Positions 1-10,196 of a DNA stretch of 64,000 nt are shown here, piece by piece (the first letter of the stretch is position 1; each line of letters begins with the position of its first letter). The translations under genes and the position numbers were made by a program. Where the stretch lies: IMG/VR virus record IMGVR_UViG_3300021962_000032; one strand, given 5' to 3'. The stretch comes from a virus. Under the pieces are notes generated by a model. It was not told the DNA's origin, made no database searches, and worked only from the letters and a program-made list of their open reading frames with translations.

Positions 1-3000
1 GACGGTGCAGATCCTTCCTGACAAGGTGCTTCAAAGAATACTTCTTTAGATGCTCCATTTTGAGTTCTTCCCTGAGAAAGTTGAGCACCAGATCTTGCTT
101 CTTTAGCAGATCCTAAGTTAGTAACTTGAGGTTTCTTGGAATTATTTATTGGATATGGCTTAATGCCACCCCCAACGTTTGGCTTACTTTTTGCTCCTAA
201 CTTAGCTGCATTTGAATCCGAATCCGTTTTTGCAACCATGTTATCAAAGAAACTTGCCCCACCAAATGAATTTACTGTTTGTTTTGGAATTACATATTCT
301 CCAGGTTGTAATGCAGTTAATTGTCTATCTGCAGTTCCTCCTGGCATATTCATACCAGTATTTTCTGTTACGGATCCTTGTGTAAAGAATGATGAAAAAT
401 CTTTTTTGGATCCAAATGCTCTTTGACCATAAGCCTCGGAAGTTCTTCCTTGCCTTTCCATTGAATTTGCTCTCATAGCACGGAGTTCATCTGCTTGTTG
501 TTGCATTACAGATTTTTTTATGGGTGCTAATGGAGTAGACGGTTTTGGTTGTATTGGTTTAATGGGTGGTACAGATGGAGCATCATTAGTCATTACAACT
601 GGTAAATTTGTTGCAGGATCTATTGTCGGAGGAAGTGGAGCAGATGAAATTGCTGGCGATTTTAATTCTCCACCACCTTGAAGTTTAACGATTCCACCAC
701 CTTGCATCATGTTAACTTTAGATGTTGTCAAATCTTTGGAACTTTTGCTCTGAATTTTACTAAGTTCTACTTTATTTTTTTGTGGAGATGCGGTATTCTC
801 TTTGGATGACATTATATCCCATATATCCTTTCCCAGTAAAGCAACATCAGCACCCATTGACACTGCCTCTGCAGCTGCTGGAATAACAGCACCAGCTCCC
901 GTTGCTGCTGCTCCAGAGGTTGCTATGGTTGTAGCTCCGGCACCAGCTCCCAACCCCGCCAAAGCAGCACCCCATTTATCTCCCCTTTCTGCCCTTGCAG
1001 CAGCATCAGCAGCACTTGCCGCAACACCCAATCCAGGAACCATTCTTCCACCAAATTTACCAAGTGCTCCACTAACTTTAAGCATCTTTGGATTTTGTGC
1101 CACTGAAGATAGCACACTTGAACCCTTTTTACTAACTACATTTGCTACGTTTTTAATATTTCCACCAATAAAATTAGCAGCATTTTTAGCTGTTTTGATT
1201 GGATTTATTTTTTTAGCAAATGCTTTAGCAGTGTTTACTCCAGTGTTAATTGAACTGACAGTATCATATATACCTCCCCAAAAACCTTTCTTTTTTTCTT
1301 TCGATTTATTAGTAATTTTTTCAAGATTACTTTTTATGTCATCGCCTTTAGATACTGCTTTTCCTGCAACTTTTTTTACAACATCTCTTTTTTTGATAGG
1401 TTCCTTTGATTTAAAAAATCCACCTATCCCAGATTTAACTTTATTAATTATTCCTCCACCAGCTTTCTTTTGTATTGCCGAAGTATCTATTTTTGGGGGA
1501 GGTGGAGCATCAGTAGTTGTTTTAACTGGCAAATTTGTTGCAGTATCTATTTTTGGGGGAGGAGGTGCTGCCAAAGGTGCAGAAGGTGTTGGTTTAAATG
1601 ATGTAGTAACATTTGACGATACTTTTGAGAGGTCAAATTTAGGCAATTCTTTTACTGGTGGAGTTGCAAAATTTAAATTACTTCCATAAGCCTTTTTAGG
1701 ATCTACTTTTAACTTACTTGCATCAATTTTTGGTAAATTATAATTAGATGCTCTTACCCCTAATGCACCCAATGTATCACCTTGCCTATCAAGTGATCTT
1801 GCTCTCATTGCACGAAGTTCTTTCAGGCTGTCTGATATTGATTGCCTTTTAGGTTTCTGATTATTTAAATTAGTATTTGGATTAAAAGCAATTTTTGTAA
1901 GATCTTTATTTTTTGATGTCTTACTTAATTGATAATTTGTTTTTATCGGTTTTAAATTTAATCCTAAATTGGGACCAAATGGATTTGGTTTCTTTTGTTC
2001 ATTGGTATTTTTAGATTTATCAAAATAATTTTTAAATGAATCATTAAGATTAAATGAATATTTTGATTTTTTAAAAATATCATTAGTATTAAAATTTTTA
2101 AATACTTTCTGAAGATTAAATGCTCTCAATCCATAAGCACTATTAGTTTCACCTTGCCTTTCTAAGGAATCTGCTCTCAATCCCCTTAAAGATCTAATTT
2201 GCTCACTAATGCTTCTTTCAACTAATCCTCCACCTTCTTTTTTCTTTATTCCCCCTTTTGGCTTACTTAATCCACCATTACTACCAGTACCAATTGGTTT
2301 TGGTCTCGCTATAATTGGTTTTGGAGCTGCTGGTTTAAACCCAACTGGTTTAGTTATTCCACCATTACTACCAGTACCAATTGGTTTTGAAAAAGATGGT
2401 TTCGGCACTGGTGGTGCTGCTAATCTTGCTTGCCTTGCTTTTTGTGCAGCATCATAATCCTTGTAATACTTACCATCAGAAGAAGAGTAGTATCTACCGA
2501 TAGAAGCAGCACCAGCTTGCCTTACTCTTGCTGCTGATGCCTTATCTGCTTTTAAATTTCTAATTTGAGCATCAGCACCACCAAAGAAAGATTGGAATCC
2601 TCTTTTAATTCCACCAAGCATACCACCACGACCTTGCCATTCTCTTTCCTTGGCAATATTCTCTGTAGTAAATCTTTTTCCTCTTCCAGTTTTAACTCCA
2701 CCACCTTCTTTGCTCAATATATCGAGTCGTTTTTGTGAAGTTAAATTTGCTAAACTTTGTTCCTTTGCTTGAGAATTTGCTTGATAAAAATCTGAAGATT
2801 TTACACCAGTAAATGGAGTTGCTTTTGGTTTTGGAGTTTTTAAATCTTTTGATACTTGATTAAACCTTCCTTGCATCCATCCACCAACAGATGCGCCAAG
2901 AGGACCTAAAGTATCAAGTCCTCTTTTAGCAATTTTAGCAGACAATCCTAAAGGACTATATTCCAATCCAGTTTTAATAGATCCCATTAAAGGAATCATT

Positions 3001-5837
3001 GGATTGAATTTTAAAATACTCCTTAACTTTGAACCAAATCCTTTCTTAGGTTCTCCAGTAATGTTTTTTGCTTTAGCATGTGCAGCATCTCTTGCTCCAG
3101 CAAACTTTGATTTGAATGGAGTATAACCTTTATTTCCTTTTGCCGGTGCTTTTGACTGTTTTCCATAATAAACTTTTTTAAATTGCTCATAAGTCATATC
3201 ACCAAATGCCACTTTCTCATGAAGTGAATTTTTTAGGTCTGGGTTATCAAATATATCCCTAAATGCTTTTCTTGCGCCCTCATCAGAAGATCTTTTTTGC
3301 TTTGATCTACTTAAAATTTTATCTCTTTCTACCTTCTCTTTTGCTATTGCTTGTTCATAATCAGCCCTTTGCTCTGCACTCATTTCACCGAACTTAGTTG
3401 CAGCAGCAAGTTTTTTTATTTTTGATTGAGCTTTATTTGCTACATCTTCAATTTTTATATCAGGAGTTTTAACATCTTTTATTTTGTCTAGTACTTTTCC
3501 AGCTCCAAAAATCCTAAGTCCATTTACTGTAAGTGTTGATGATCCTTTTCCAGCCCGTTCTCTTACGGACTTCATGTAAGCATCATTAGTTTTTACTGGA
3601 GGTAGTTTTGGTTTAGTTGACTTGTCTGGACCAGTATGGATTTTGTTTAATTTTGCTAATAATTTCTTTTCATATGCACCTTCACCATACTTTTTATTAT
3701 ATGAAGATATTGTACTTTTCTTTGTTGTTTGTAATAACTCTTGATATCTTTGATTTGCATATGCAGCATCTCCACCTACAATTCCACCACCAGCAAATCC
3801 CTCAACTATGCCTCCATTAAAGAATCCTGGAAGACGTTTTCCAGATTTTGTTTTTAATTGATCAGAACTAACTTTATTTGCTTTTCTTCCAGACAATAAA
3901 GAAGGTATACTGATTCCAGTTTTTTCAAATATATTAAGTTGATCCTCTTGAGTTACTACTGCTTCTCCCCTTTTAGCAGCAACAACTGTTTCTTCTCCAG
4001 ATTTTTTTCCAGAAAAGAAAGATGCCATTGCACCAATTGGACCACCAAATTTTTCTAAAAAGTTTCCTGATGATAACTGTTTTTGATCTTTTTCAGTTAA
4101 TATTGCATCACCAGTTCTTAATTTTAATAACCTATCATCCTTTCCTGCTCCAGAAACTGGGAGACCATGATCACCACCAATTTTTTTACTTTGTAGTAAT
4201 GGTGATAACAATGGTGCGAATGCTCCAAGACCTGGGACAGCACCCATTAGTCCCATAGTTAATGGATTAATTAATCCACCCTTAGCATATCCCGCACCTT
4301 TATCCTTTTTTTCTTGTTTTGATTTTTTAGAATCTTTAACGTTCTTGCCAACTCCCTCAGAAGTTTTTTGTACAATCGTTCCTATTAATCCAGGAATTCC
4401 ACCAGCTGCCTGGAGTTTGGGATCCTTATCCCCACCTTTTTTTGTTATTGATTGTATTGGACCTGCAAGAAGTTTAAAAAGATCTAATGATTTTAGACCA
4501 TTCATTAAAAATTCAGAGGCACCAGCAAGACCCTTAAATCCAATAGTTAAAGGTAAAGTTGCTACATCTAAAGATTTTTTTAATCCCTTTCCTAAGAAGT
4601 CAGTTGCTCCGGAAGCAACTTTTCCTACTGCCTTAGCACCTTTTCCAAATGCTTTGGCACCATGCTTACCTGCCTCAAATGCCATTCCCAAAGGAGTGAA
4701 TTTGAGTGCCTTTCCAAGACCACCGATAATACCACCATCGGCATAAGATTCTACATCTTGCTTATCATCTTTCTTTTTTCCACTTTGGGATATAGCAACT
4801 GCCCCCGCAGTTACAGCTCCAGCAGCAAGAGCAACTCGACCCCATTTACTCTTTGCTAAAACTGCAATTAATTTTCCTGTAGCAAATACTGCCTTTACTG
4901 CTAATTTTACTACAAGTTTGCCAATTGTTCTTGCAAATCCACCGAGCTTGGTTCCAAATAACAAATAAGATCCAACAATTAATACCCAATGATCTGTTAA
5001 AAATTTAACAATAGTATTAAACGTCTGTCTATTTTTTGGATCTTTCATCCAATCCATAAACATCGTAAATGCTTTACCAAGTAAAGTAAATACAATGAAT
5101 CGTTTTATTCTATCAAAAAGATCTTGAAAGGGAGATAGTAAATTTTTAGCAGTACTTACTATTTCTTTGATTCCACTTCCTTTCTCTAATTTATTTTCCG
5201 CGTCTTCTCTTCCAGATTTTTCACGACCTCTTCGTTCCCTTTCAGAATCTTTTTTTCTCAAAGAAAACTGATCTTTAAGTGTTGAAAAAATAGATCCTAA
5301 AGTAGAATCAATCTTGGTTAATTTTTTTCCAAGAATTTCACAACAACCTTCTTTTTTAATCTTTTGTTTTTTCTCCTTTACCTCGACAGTTTTTTTCTTT
5401 GGTTGGGGGAGAAGAGGAACCGTTGGTGTTGCTTGTGGTGGAGATGCAGATGGTGCCTCAGTAGCAGGAGATTGTTGTTGCTTTTGAACAAAAGTTGATA
5501 ATGTAGTAACTTTTGTATTTGCTCTGGGAGTAGTAGATTTTGGTGTTTTTTTGGTATTTTTATTAGATACTTTTTGAGTTTTTGGTTTTGCTTTTGCCCT
5601 TTTCTTTTCTGTCTGAAACTTTATATTCTTATCTTCTTTTCTTACTCTTTTTAACTCTTCTGTTATTAATGATACTTCTTCAGAAGAAAACTTGCCGTCA
5701 GACATTCTGGCAGCAAGTGCAGCTTCTTTTAAAGATCTAAAATAATCTTCATGAGACAACTCCAAATCATCTTGGAGTCCCAACAATGAAACAATTCTAC
5801 TATCTACTAATTGTGTTGTTGGGTTAGAATCAGCCAT
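1..5837 (-). CDS. Very large (>1945 aa) tail/baseplate-hub protein, tape-measure (gp29)-like; 3' end lies outside the window
   Basis: ATG at 5837 (MADSNPTTQLVDSRIVSLLGLQDD...) overlaps the gp51 stop. The frame was open at every spot check down to base 1 (...NGASKEVFFEAPCQEGSAP). Ala/Gly/Lys-rich with YADGG/YAKGG/LQGGG motifs; follows gp26-gp51. Probably absent from the ORF track because no stop lies in the window. Confidence 0.7.
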   Translation of the reverse strand, partial: MADSNPTTQLVDSRIVSLLGLQDDLELSHEDYFRSLKEAALAARMSDGKFSSEEVSLITEELKRVRKEDKNIKFQTEKKRAKAKPKTQKVSNKNTKKTPKSTTPRANTKVTTLSTFVQKQQQSPATEAPSASPPQATPTVPLLPQPKKKTVEVKEKKQKIKKEGCCEILGKKLTKIDSTLGSIFSTLKDQFSLRKKDSERERRGREKSGREDAENKLEKGSGIKEIVSTAKNLLSPFQDLFDRIKRFIVFTLLGKAFTMFMDWMKDPKNRQTFNTIVKFLTDHWVLIVGSYLLFGTKLGGFARTIGKLVVKLAVKAVFATGKLIAVLAKSKWGRVALAAGAVTAGAVAISQSGKKKDDKQDVESYADGGIIGGLGKALKFTPLGMAFEAGKHGAKAFGKGAKAVGKVASGATDFLGKGLKKSLDVATLPLTIGFKGLAGASEFLMNGLKSLDLFKLLAGPIQSITKKGGDKDPKLQAAGGIPGLIGTIVQKTSEGVGKNVKDSKKSKQEKKDKGAGYAKGGLINPLTMGLMGAVPGLGAFAPLLSPLLQSKKIGGDHGLPVSGAGKDDRLLKLRTGDAILTEKDQKQLSSGNFLEKFGGPIGAMASFFSGKKSGEETVVAAKRGEAVVTQEDQLNIFEKTGISIPSLLSGRKANKVSSDQLKTKSGKRLPGFFNGGIVEGFAGGGIVGGDAAYANQRYQELLQTTKKSTISSYNKKYGEGAYEKKLLAKLNKIHTGPDKSTKPKLPPVKTNDAYMKSVRERAGKGSSTLTVNGLRIFGAGKVLDKIKDVKTPDIKIEDVANKAQSKIKKLAAATKFGEMSAEQRADYEQAIAKEKVERDKILSRSKQKRSSDEGARKAFRDIFDNPDLKNSLHEKVAFGDMTYEQFKKVYYGKQSKAPAKGNKGYTPFKSKFAGARDAAHAKAKNITGEPKKGFGSKLRSILKFNPMIPLMGSIKTGLEYSPLGLSAKIAKRGLDTLGPLGASVGGWMQGRFNQVSKDLKTPKPKATPFTGVKSSDFYQANSQAKEQSLANLTSQKRLDILSKEGGGVKTGRGKRFTTENIAKEREWQGRGGMLGGIKRGFQSFFGGADAQIRNLKADKASAARVRQAGAASIGRYYSSSDGKYYKDYDAAQKARQARLAAPPVPKPSFSKPIGTGSNGGITKPVGFKPAAPKPIIARPKPIGTGSNGGLSKPKGGIKKKEGGGLVERSISEQIRSLRGLRADSLERQGETNSAYGLRAFNLQKVFKNFNTNDIFKKSKYSFNLNDSFKNYFDKSKNTNEQKKPNPFGPNLGLNLKPIKTNYQLSKTSKNKDLTKIAFNPNTNLNNQKPKRQSISDSLKELRAMRARSLDRQGDTLGALGVRASNYNLPKIDASKLKVDPKKAYGSNLNFATPPVKELPKFDLSKVSSNVTTSFKPTPSAPLAAPPPPKIDTATNLPVKTTTDAPPPPKIDTSAIQKKAGGGIINKVKSGIGGFFKSKEPIKKRDVVKKVAGKAVSKGDDIKSNLEKITNKSKEKKKGFWGGIYDTVSSINTGVNTAKAFAKKINPIKTAKNAANFIGGNIKNVANVVSKKGSSVLSSVAQNPKMLKVSGALGKFGGRMVPGLGVAASAADAAARAERGDKWGAALAGLGAGAGATTIATSGAAATGAGAVIPAAAEAVSMGADVALLGKDIWDIMSSKENTASPQKNKVELSKIQSKSSKDLTTSKVNMMQGGGIVKLQGGGELKSPAISSAPLPPTIDPATNLPVVMTNDAPSVPPIKPIQPKPSTPLAPIKKSVMQQQADELRAMRANSMERQGRTSEAYGQRAFGSKKDFSSFFTQGSVTENTGMNMPGGTADRQLTALQPGEYVIPKQTVNSFGGASFFDNMVAKTDSDSNAAKLGAKSKPNVGGGIKPYPINNSKKPQVTNLGSAKEARSGAQLSQGRTQNGASKEVFFEAPCQEGSAP

Positions 5838-6012
5838 TACCTCTTCCAGTCTTTGCCTCTAATTCCTGCTGTTCCAGATGATCTTCAAGTAACATTACAT
5901 AAATGTCCCTTTCCCAAGGCATCATATTTTCAATCTCTGTCAAAGAATATTTATGGAACTGCATCAAGGCAAAATTTAATCTGAAGTAATTCTCCAGATC
6001 CATGTGAGACAT
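5830..6012 (-). CDS. gp51: Baseplate hub assembly catalyst gp51
   Basis: LENYFRLNFALMQFHKYSLTEIENMMPWERDIY signature; directly after gp26. Confidence 0.9.
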   Translation of the reverse strand: MSHMDLENYFRLNFALMQFHKYSLTEIENMMPWERDIYVMLLEDHLEQQELEAKTGRGNG

Positions 6013-6014
6013 GG

Positions 6015-6737
6015 CTATGCGAAAAAACTTGAAAGTCCTTCTAATACAATTTCACTTTCTACTTTTGTCTTTGGATTTTTAATTTTTAATTTATGAGAAA
6101 GTTTAGGCATAGTTTCAAAGAAAGTTTCAATTTGTTTAAATTGAATTGAATTCATATCTTCAAGAAATTCAACTAATTCTTTCTTCGTTACATCGGAAGA
6201 ATCCCAAACCTCTTCTGATGTATAAATTCTATCAATACAAGAAGCAATTAAATCAAATGATTGATCTACATTAGTTCTTTGATTGACATCAAAATTTGAT
6301 TTAATAAATTCATCCAATGAAGGATATTTCATTTCCATTGTAATACTGTCATCAACTTTTATTTGACGAGAGTGCTTTTCGTTGGTATTTACTTTAATAT
6401 CATCAATGGCAATTTTAACCGGAATTTCAGTAACCTGATCGTCTGGTGCGATGATATTAACTTCCAATTCTTCTCCTACAGATTTTCCACGAATATTTAA
6501 AAATAGATATTCAATATCAAATGTAGGTAGAGTTTCTACCTTGACATTTTTAGGTGACTCGATACAATTTTTAATTACTGTTTTAATTGCTGTAGTAATT
6601 TGTTTTGTGTCTTCCGTTTCTAATGCAAGAACAAGTAATTTTTCTTCCTTGACTAAGAATGGTCTGTAAGTAACCGTCTCTTCTGTTGAAGGAAGAATTA
6701 GTTCATAAGTCGGGGTACTAATTTTAGGTAAAGGCAT
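6015..6737 (-). CDS. gp26: Baseplate hub subunit gp26
   Basis: MPLPKI..PTYEL.LPST...YRPFLVKEEK, FDIEYLFLNIRGKSVGE, FFETMPKL, LEGLSSFF. Confidence 0.92.
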   Translation of the reverse strand: MPLPKISTPTYELILPSTEETVTYRPFLVKEEKLLVLALETEDTKQITTAIKTVIKNCIESPKNVKVETLPTFDIEYLFLNIRGKSVGEELEVNIIAPDDQVTEIPVKIAIDDIKVNTNEKHSRQIKVDDSITMEMKYPSLDEFIKSNFDVNQRTNVDQSFDLIASCIDRIYTSEEVWDSSDVTKKELVEFLEDMNSIQFKQIETFFETMPKLSHKLKIKNPKTKVESEIVLEGLSSFFA

Positions 6738-6770
6738 GATCTTTTATGCAAATCAGTTATAGTATATATA

Positions 6771-7592
6771 TCAATAATTTGTATCGTCTAATCCAAAAGT
6801 TTCTAAAGCTCCACCACCCACCTTTCTTAAAGTATCAAATATAGTTTCACTTTCAGTTGTAGCAAATGGATTAAAGTAAGCAAATGGATCAGTTACTACG
6901 CGATTGTTTCTCAATTTACCAACTATTCCATAGTTATATTCTCTATAAACATTATATCTTGTGTAACTAAAAGTAACCGTACATTTTAGTAATTGTGAAG
7001 AATCATAGGATACAGGCATAGCTTGGATTGTTAATGGATATGCCTGTAAGAAGTTGTATTGCAAATATGTTCCCAGATAATCTCTTTCAAACTTATTAAT
7101 GTAAATATCAGTTTGGTAGTTTTTTGGAAATTCAAATCGGTAAAAATAATTTGATTTTGTACTATCTGGTCTACCATCGGTTAATCCAGTAACGGATTCA
7201 TTTGCGATGTGACCTATCCAATTCTCAAAGAACCAAATTATTTCATGACTCTTTCCACCATCCGCTCCGTTATGATCAACATAAAAAGTAAAATCAGCTT
7301 CCATAAACTGCCTTCTATATGGATGCTTCTCCGTAACTCCAGTATAATCACTTGTAATTTCATTAGTTACTAAAGAAGATCCGGGCAATGATGCCTCACA
7401 GCAAAGTAAAGATATATTTTCAACAGCAGTCGTAAATTCATACCCTCTTTGAGAAATCCAATCTCTTGATTTTTGAGTGGGATAAAACCAACACTGATAA
7501 AAAGAAGTTAATGCGGGCTTTTGAAATATGTCTCTTAATCGGTATGCCTTTGAAGCAGATTTAATTGGTTGAAGATTTTTATTTTGTGCCAT
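6771..7592 (-). CDS. Tail tube initiator-like protein (gp54/gp19 fold)
   Basis: LLCCEASLPG, FFENW, AYPLTI and LLKCTVTFSY motifs; position between gp26 and gp4. Confidence 0.6.
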   Translation of the reverse strand: MAQNKNLQPIKSASKAYRLRDIFQKPALTSFYQCWFYPTQKSRDWISQRGYEFTTAVENISLLCCEASLPGSSLVTNEITSDYTGVTEKHPYRRQFMEADFTFYVDHNGADGGKSHEIIWFFENWIGHIANESVTGLTDGRPDSTKSNYFYRFEFPKNYQTDIYINKFERDYLGTYLQYNFLQAYPLTIQAMPVSYDSSQLLKCTVTFSYTRYNVYREYNYGIVGKLRNNRVVTDPFAYFNPFATTESETIFDTLRKVGGGALETFGLDDTNY

Positions 7593-7593
7593 T

Positions 7594-7601
7594 TATAAAT
7601 A
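7594..7601 (+). promoter_or_regulatory. T4-type late promoter TATAAATA for gp4
   Basis: Exact TATAAATA about 22 nt upstream of the gp4 start. Confidence 0.7.
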
Positions 7602-7623
7602 TAAAAAGCTTTATATAATATGT

Positions 7624-8079
7624 ATGCGAAGTAATGAAGGAAAATATCATCAAGGAAAATTTCATCCAAGAAACCCAGAAAAATACAAGGGTGATGTAAA
7701 CAATATTATATACAGATCTTCATGGGAATTAAAGTTCATGAGATACTGTGATAGAAAAGAAGATATACTTGAATGGGGAAGTGAAGAATTTTTCATTCCA
7801 TATTTTGACCCAACTACAGAAAGAGTTCGTAGATACTTTCCAGATTTTTATATGAAAATTAAAGAATCAAGTGGAACGACCGTTAGGTATATTGTTGAAG
7901 TAAAACCAAAAAAGCAAACAATTAAACCACAAAGAACAGTAAAAAAAAGAAATAAAACCTACATTAATGAGGTGTTGACATATGAAAAAAATAAAGCTAA
8001 ATGGAAAGCAGCAGAGCAATTTTGCGAAGACAGATTGATCAAGTTTATGATAATTACGGAAGATGAACTTGGTCTATAA
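7624..8079 (+). CDS. gp4: Head completion protein gp4
   Basis: P.NPEKYKGD..NIIYRSSWE, WGSEE..IPY, RYFPDF, EVKP, F.IITEDEL. Confidence 0.93.
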   Translation: MRSNEGKYHQGKFHPRNPEKYKGDVNNIIYRSSWELKFMRYCDRKEDILEWGSEEFFIPYFDPTTERVRRYFPDFYMKIKESSGTTVRYIVEVKPKKQTIKPQRTVKKRNKTYINEVLTYEKNKAKWKAAEQFCEDRLIKFMIITEDELGL

Positions 8080-8082
8080 ATA
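8075..8082 (+). promoter_or_regulatory. T4-type late promoter TATAAATA for gp48-gp53
   Basis: Exact TATAAATA upstream of 8117. Confidence 0.7.
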
Positions 8083-8116
8083 TAATTACGAACAACCACC
8101 AATCTAAACCTTCCTC

Positions 8117-9409
8117 ATGTCTTGGACTGAAAATAAAGATTCATCTGGAAAAGTTACCTCATATAGTCAAAGAACACCAGGAGGAACAAGTGAAAATCCA
8201 TGGACAGTAAACGCAAAATTAGATGGATCTCAAGAAATTGTAGATAAATCTGGAAAGGTGATTGCAACAAGAACTGCAGATCAAAAAGATTTTCAAGCAA
8301 AAGATAATAGCTGGAATCAACTTGATCAAAATACAAAGAGTGCTATATCAACTTCTACAAGAGATAACACTTATAAATTAATACAAGACAGAGGAACAGC
8401 AGAACAAAAAGAATCAATTAAGCAAAAAGAACAATATAAATCTGCCACAAATACTCTTGATTCGCAAATAGAATCTGATAAAGGATATAGAGCAACTGAT
8501 GATGCATCAAGTGGAGTTGCTGCATTTTTTCCCGTTGGAAAAACTTTTAATGGTAGATTACAATATCCACTACAAATGTCCGATCAACAAGATAAAATTA
8601 AATTTACTGCGGTTGAAATTGAAAAAGGACAATTTAATGCCCCAACAAGTGCGGGTGGAGTAAGTAGTTTTTCAAGTCCCAATGTTACATATAAAAAAGT
8701 TGACAGCTCAATTTATATGGCAATACAAGGACCAATAAGTGATACAAATACTGCCCAATGGGGTGAAGGAAAACTATCTGCTATCGACGCTTTTGTATTT
8801 AACGCATCAAGAGAGATGATGAGTAAAGAGGGTGGGCAAGGTGCTGGTGATATGATAGGAGATCTTTTTAAAAATTTAGATGCCAGTCAACAAGAACTTA
8901 AAGATTATCTTGCTGGACAAGCAGCATCTATTCCTGATATCTTATCAAGAACAAAAACAAAAGTTTTAAACCCAAACCTTGAGCTGCTTTTTCAAGGACC
9001 ACAATTAAGACCATTTCAGTTTAGTTTTAAAATGAGTGCGAGGGATGAGGATGAAGCTACTGCAATTAAATTCATCATTAAATATTTCAAAAGGCACATG
9101 GCTGTAAGAAAGGATAATACTGCATTATTTTTAAAAGCACCACATGTTTTTACGATTCAATATTTAAAAGGCAGTGAAATACATCCGTCAATGAATTTAA
9201 TCAGTCCAGAACCATCGGGTGAAACAAAAGCTGCTGCATTAATTGCATGTTCAGTTAATTACACTCCCTTAGGAAATTATGCCACATATAATGATAGTGC
9301 GGGAACTATGGTTTGTTATGAATTAAATATGCAATTCCAAGAAATTGAACCTCTTTATGATACCGATTATACAGAAGGATTCGGAAAAGATCACTTAATA
9401 GGTTACTAA
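8117..9409 (+). CDS. gp48: Baseplate tail tube cap gp48
   Basis: LNPNLELLFQGPQLRPFQFSFKM, IIKYFK..M, VNYTP.G.YATY, FQEIEPLY. Confidence 0.85.
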   Translation: MSWTENKDSSGKVTSYSQRTPGGTSENPWTVNAKLDGSQEIVDKSGKVIATRTADQKDFQAKDNSWNQLDQNTKSAISTSTRDNTYKLIQDRGTAEQKESIKQKEQYKSATNTLDSQIESDKGYRATDDASSGVAAFFPVGKTFNGRLQYPLQMSDQQDKIKFTAVEIEKGQFNAPTSAGGVSSFSSPNVTYKKVDSSIYMAIQGPISDTNTAQWGEGKLSAIDAFVFNASREMMSKEGGQGAGDMIGDLFKNLDASQQELKDYLAGQAASIPDILSRTKTKVLNPNLELLFQGPQLRPFQFSFKMSARDEDEATAIKFIIKYFKRHMAVRKDNTALFLKAPHVFTIQYLKGSEIHPSMNLISPEPSGETKAAALIACSVNYTPLGNYATYNDSAGTMVCYELNMQFQEIEPLYDTDYTEGFGKDHLIGY

Positions 9410-9410
9410 A

Positions 9411-10196
9411 ATGAGTAGAAACTATTTTCAACAAATCCCAGATTTTGAATATATTGTAAGAGGTCCAGATAAAATAGGAATATCTGATTATGTTAAAGTT
9501 AAAAATCTTTTTACAAGAGTTAGATTGAGAGATGACATTTATCAGGAAGTTACTTTCTTTGATAGATATACAATCAAAGGTGATGATAGACCAGATATTA
9601 TAGCAAATGAAATTTATAAGGACCCAAATTTAGATTGGGTGATATTACTATGCAATAATATTATTGATTACTATTCAGAGTGGCCTTTGTCTGAAAAAAA
9701 CTTTGAGAATTATTTACTGGAGAAATATGGAAACTATGAAGCATTATATGATATCCATCATTATGAATCCCGTGAGGTTAAAGATACTGCAGGAAATATT
9801 CTAATTCCAGAAGGAACTATAATCTCGGATAAATTTATTGATTTAGATAGACAAACTGTAGAAAGACAACAAACTGGAGTCACTCCACTTGGAGAACCTA
9901 TCTTTCAAAATGTAATCATAGACAATCCAAATTATTTAAAATTAAAACAATATTATTTCAATTTTTATGATCCCGATTTGCAACAAGATGTTGTATACAC
10001 AGATGTTGTAAAAGAAATTACAAACTATCAATATGAAGTTAGATTGCAAGAAGAAAAAAGATTAATATATGTTTTAAAACCATCTTATTTAAATATCATA
10101 TTCAACGATATTGATGAATCACTTGAATACAAAAAAGGTTCTGGTCAGTTTGTGACCAGAACCTTGAAGAGAGTAACTAATTTTGATGTTGATTAA
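9411..10196 (+). CDS. gp53: Baseplate wedge protein gp53
   Basis: YFQQIPDFEY, KNLF.R, GDDRPD, LDWVILL.NNI...EWP, IHHYE. Confidence 0.9.
   Translation: MSRNYFQQIPDFEYIVRGPDKIGISDYVKVKNLFTRVRLRDDIYQEVTFFDRYTIKGDDRPDIIANEIYKDPNLDWVILLCNNIIDYYSEWPLSEKNFENYLLEKYGNYEALYDIHHYESREVKDTAGNILIPEGTIISDKFIDLDRQTVERQQTGVTPLGEPIFQNVIIDNPNYLKLKQYYFNFYDPDLQQDVVYTDVVKEITNYQYEVRLQEEKRLIYVLKPSYLNIIFNDIDESLEYKKGSGQFVTRTLKRVTNFDVD

Noticed and set aside
136-4859. Plus-strand ORFs, including 802..1689
   Set aside because: Antisense shadows of the giant minus-strand tail ORF
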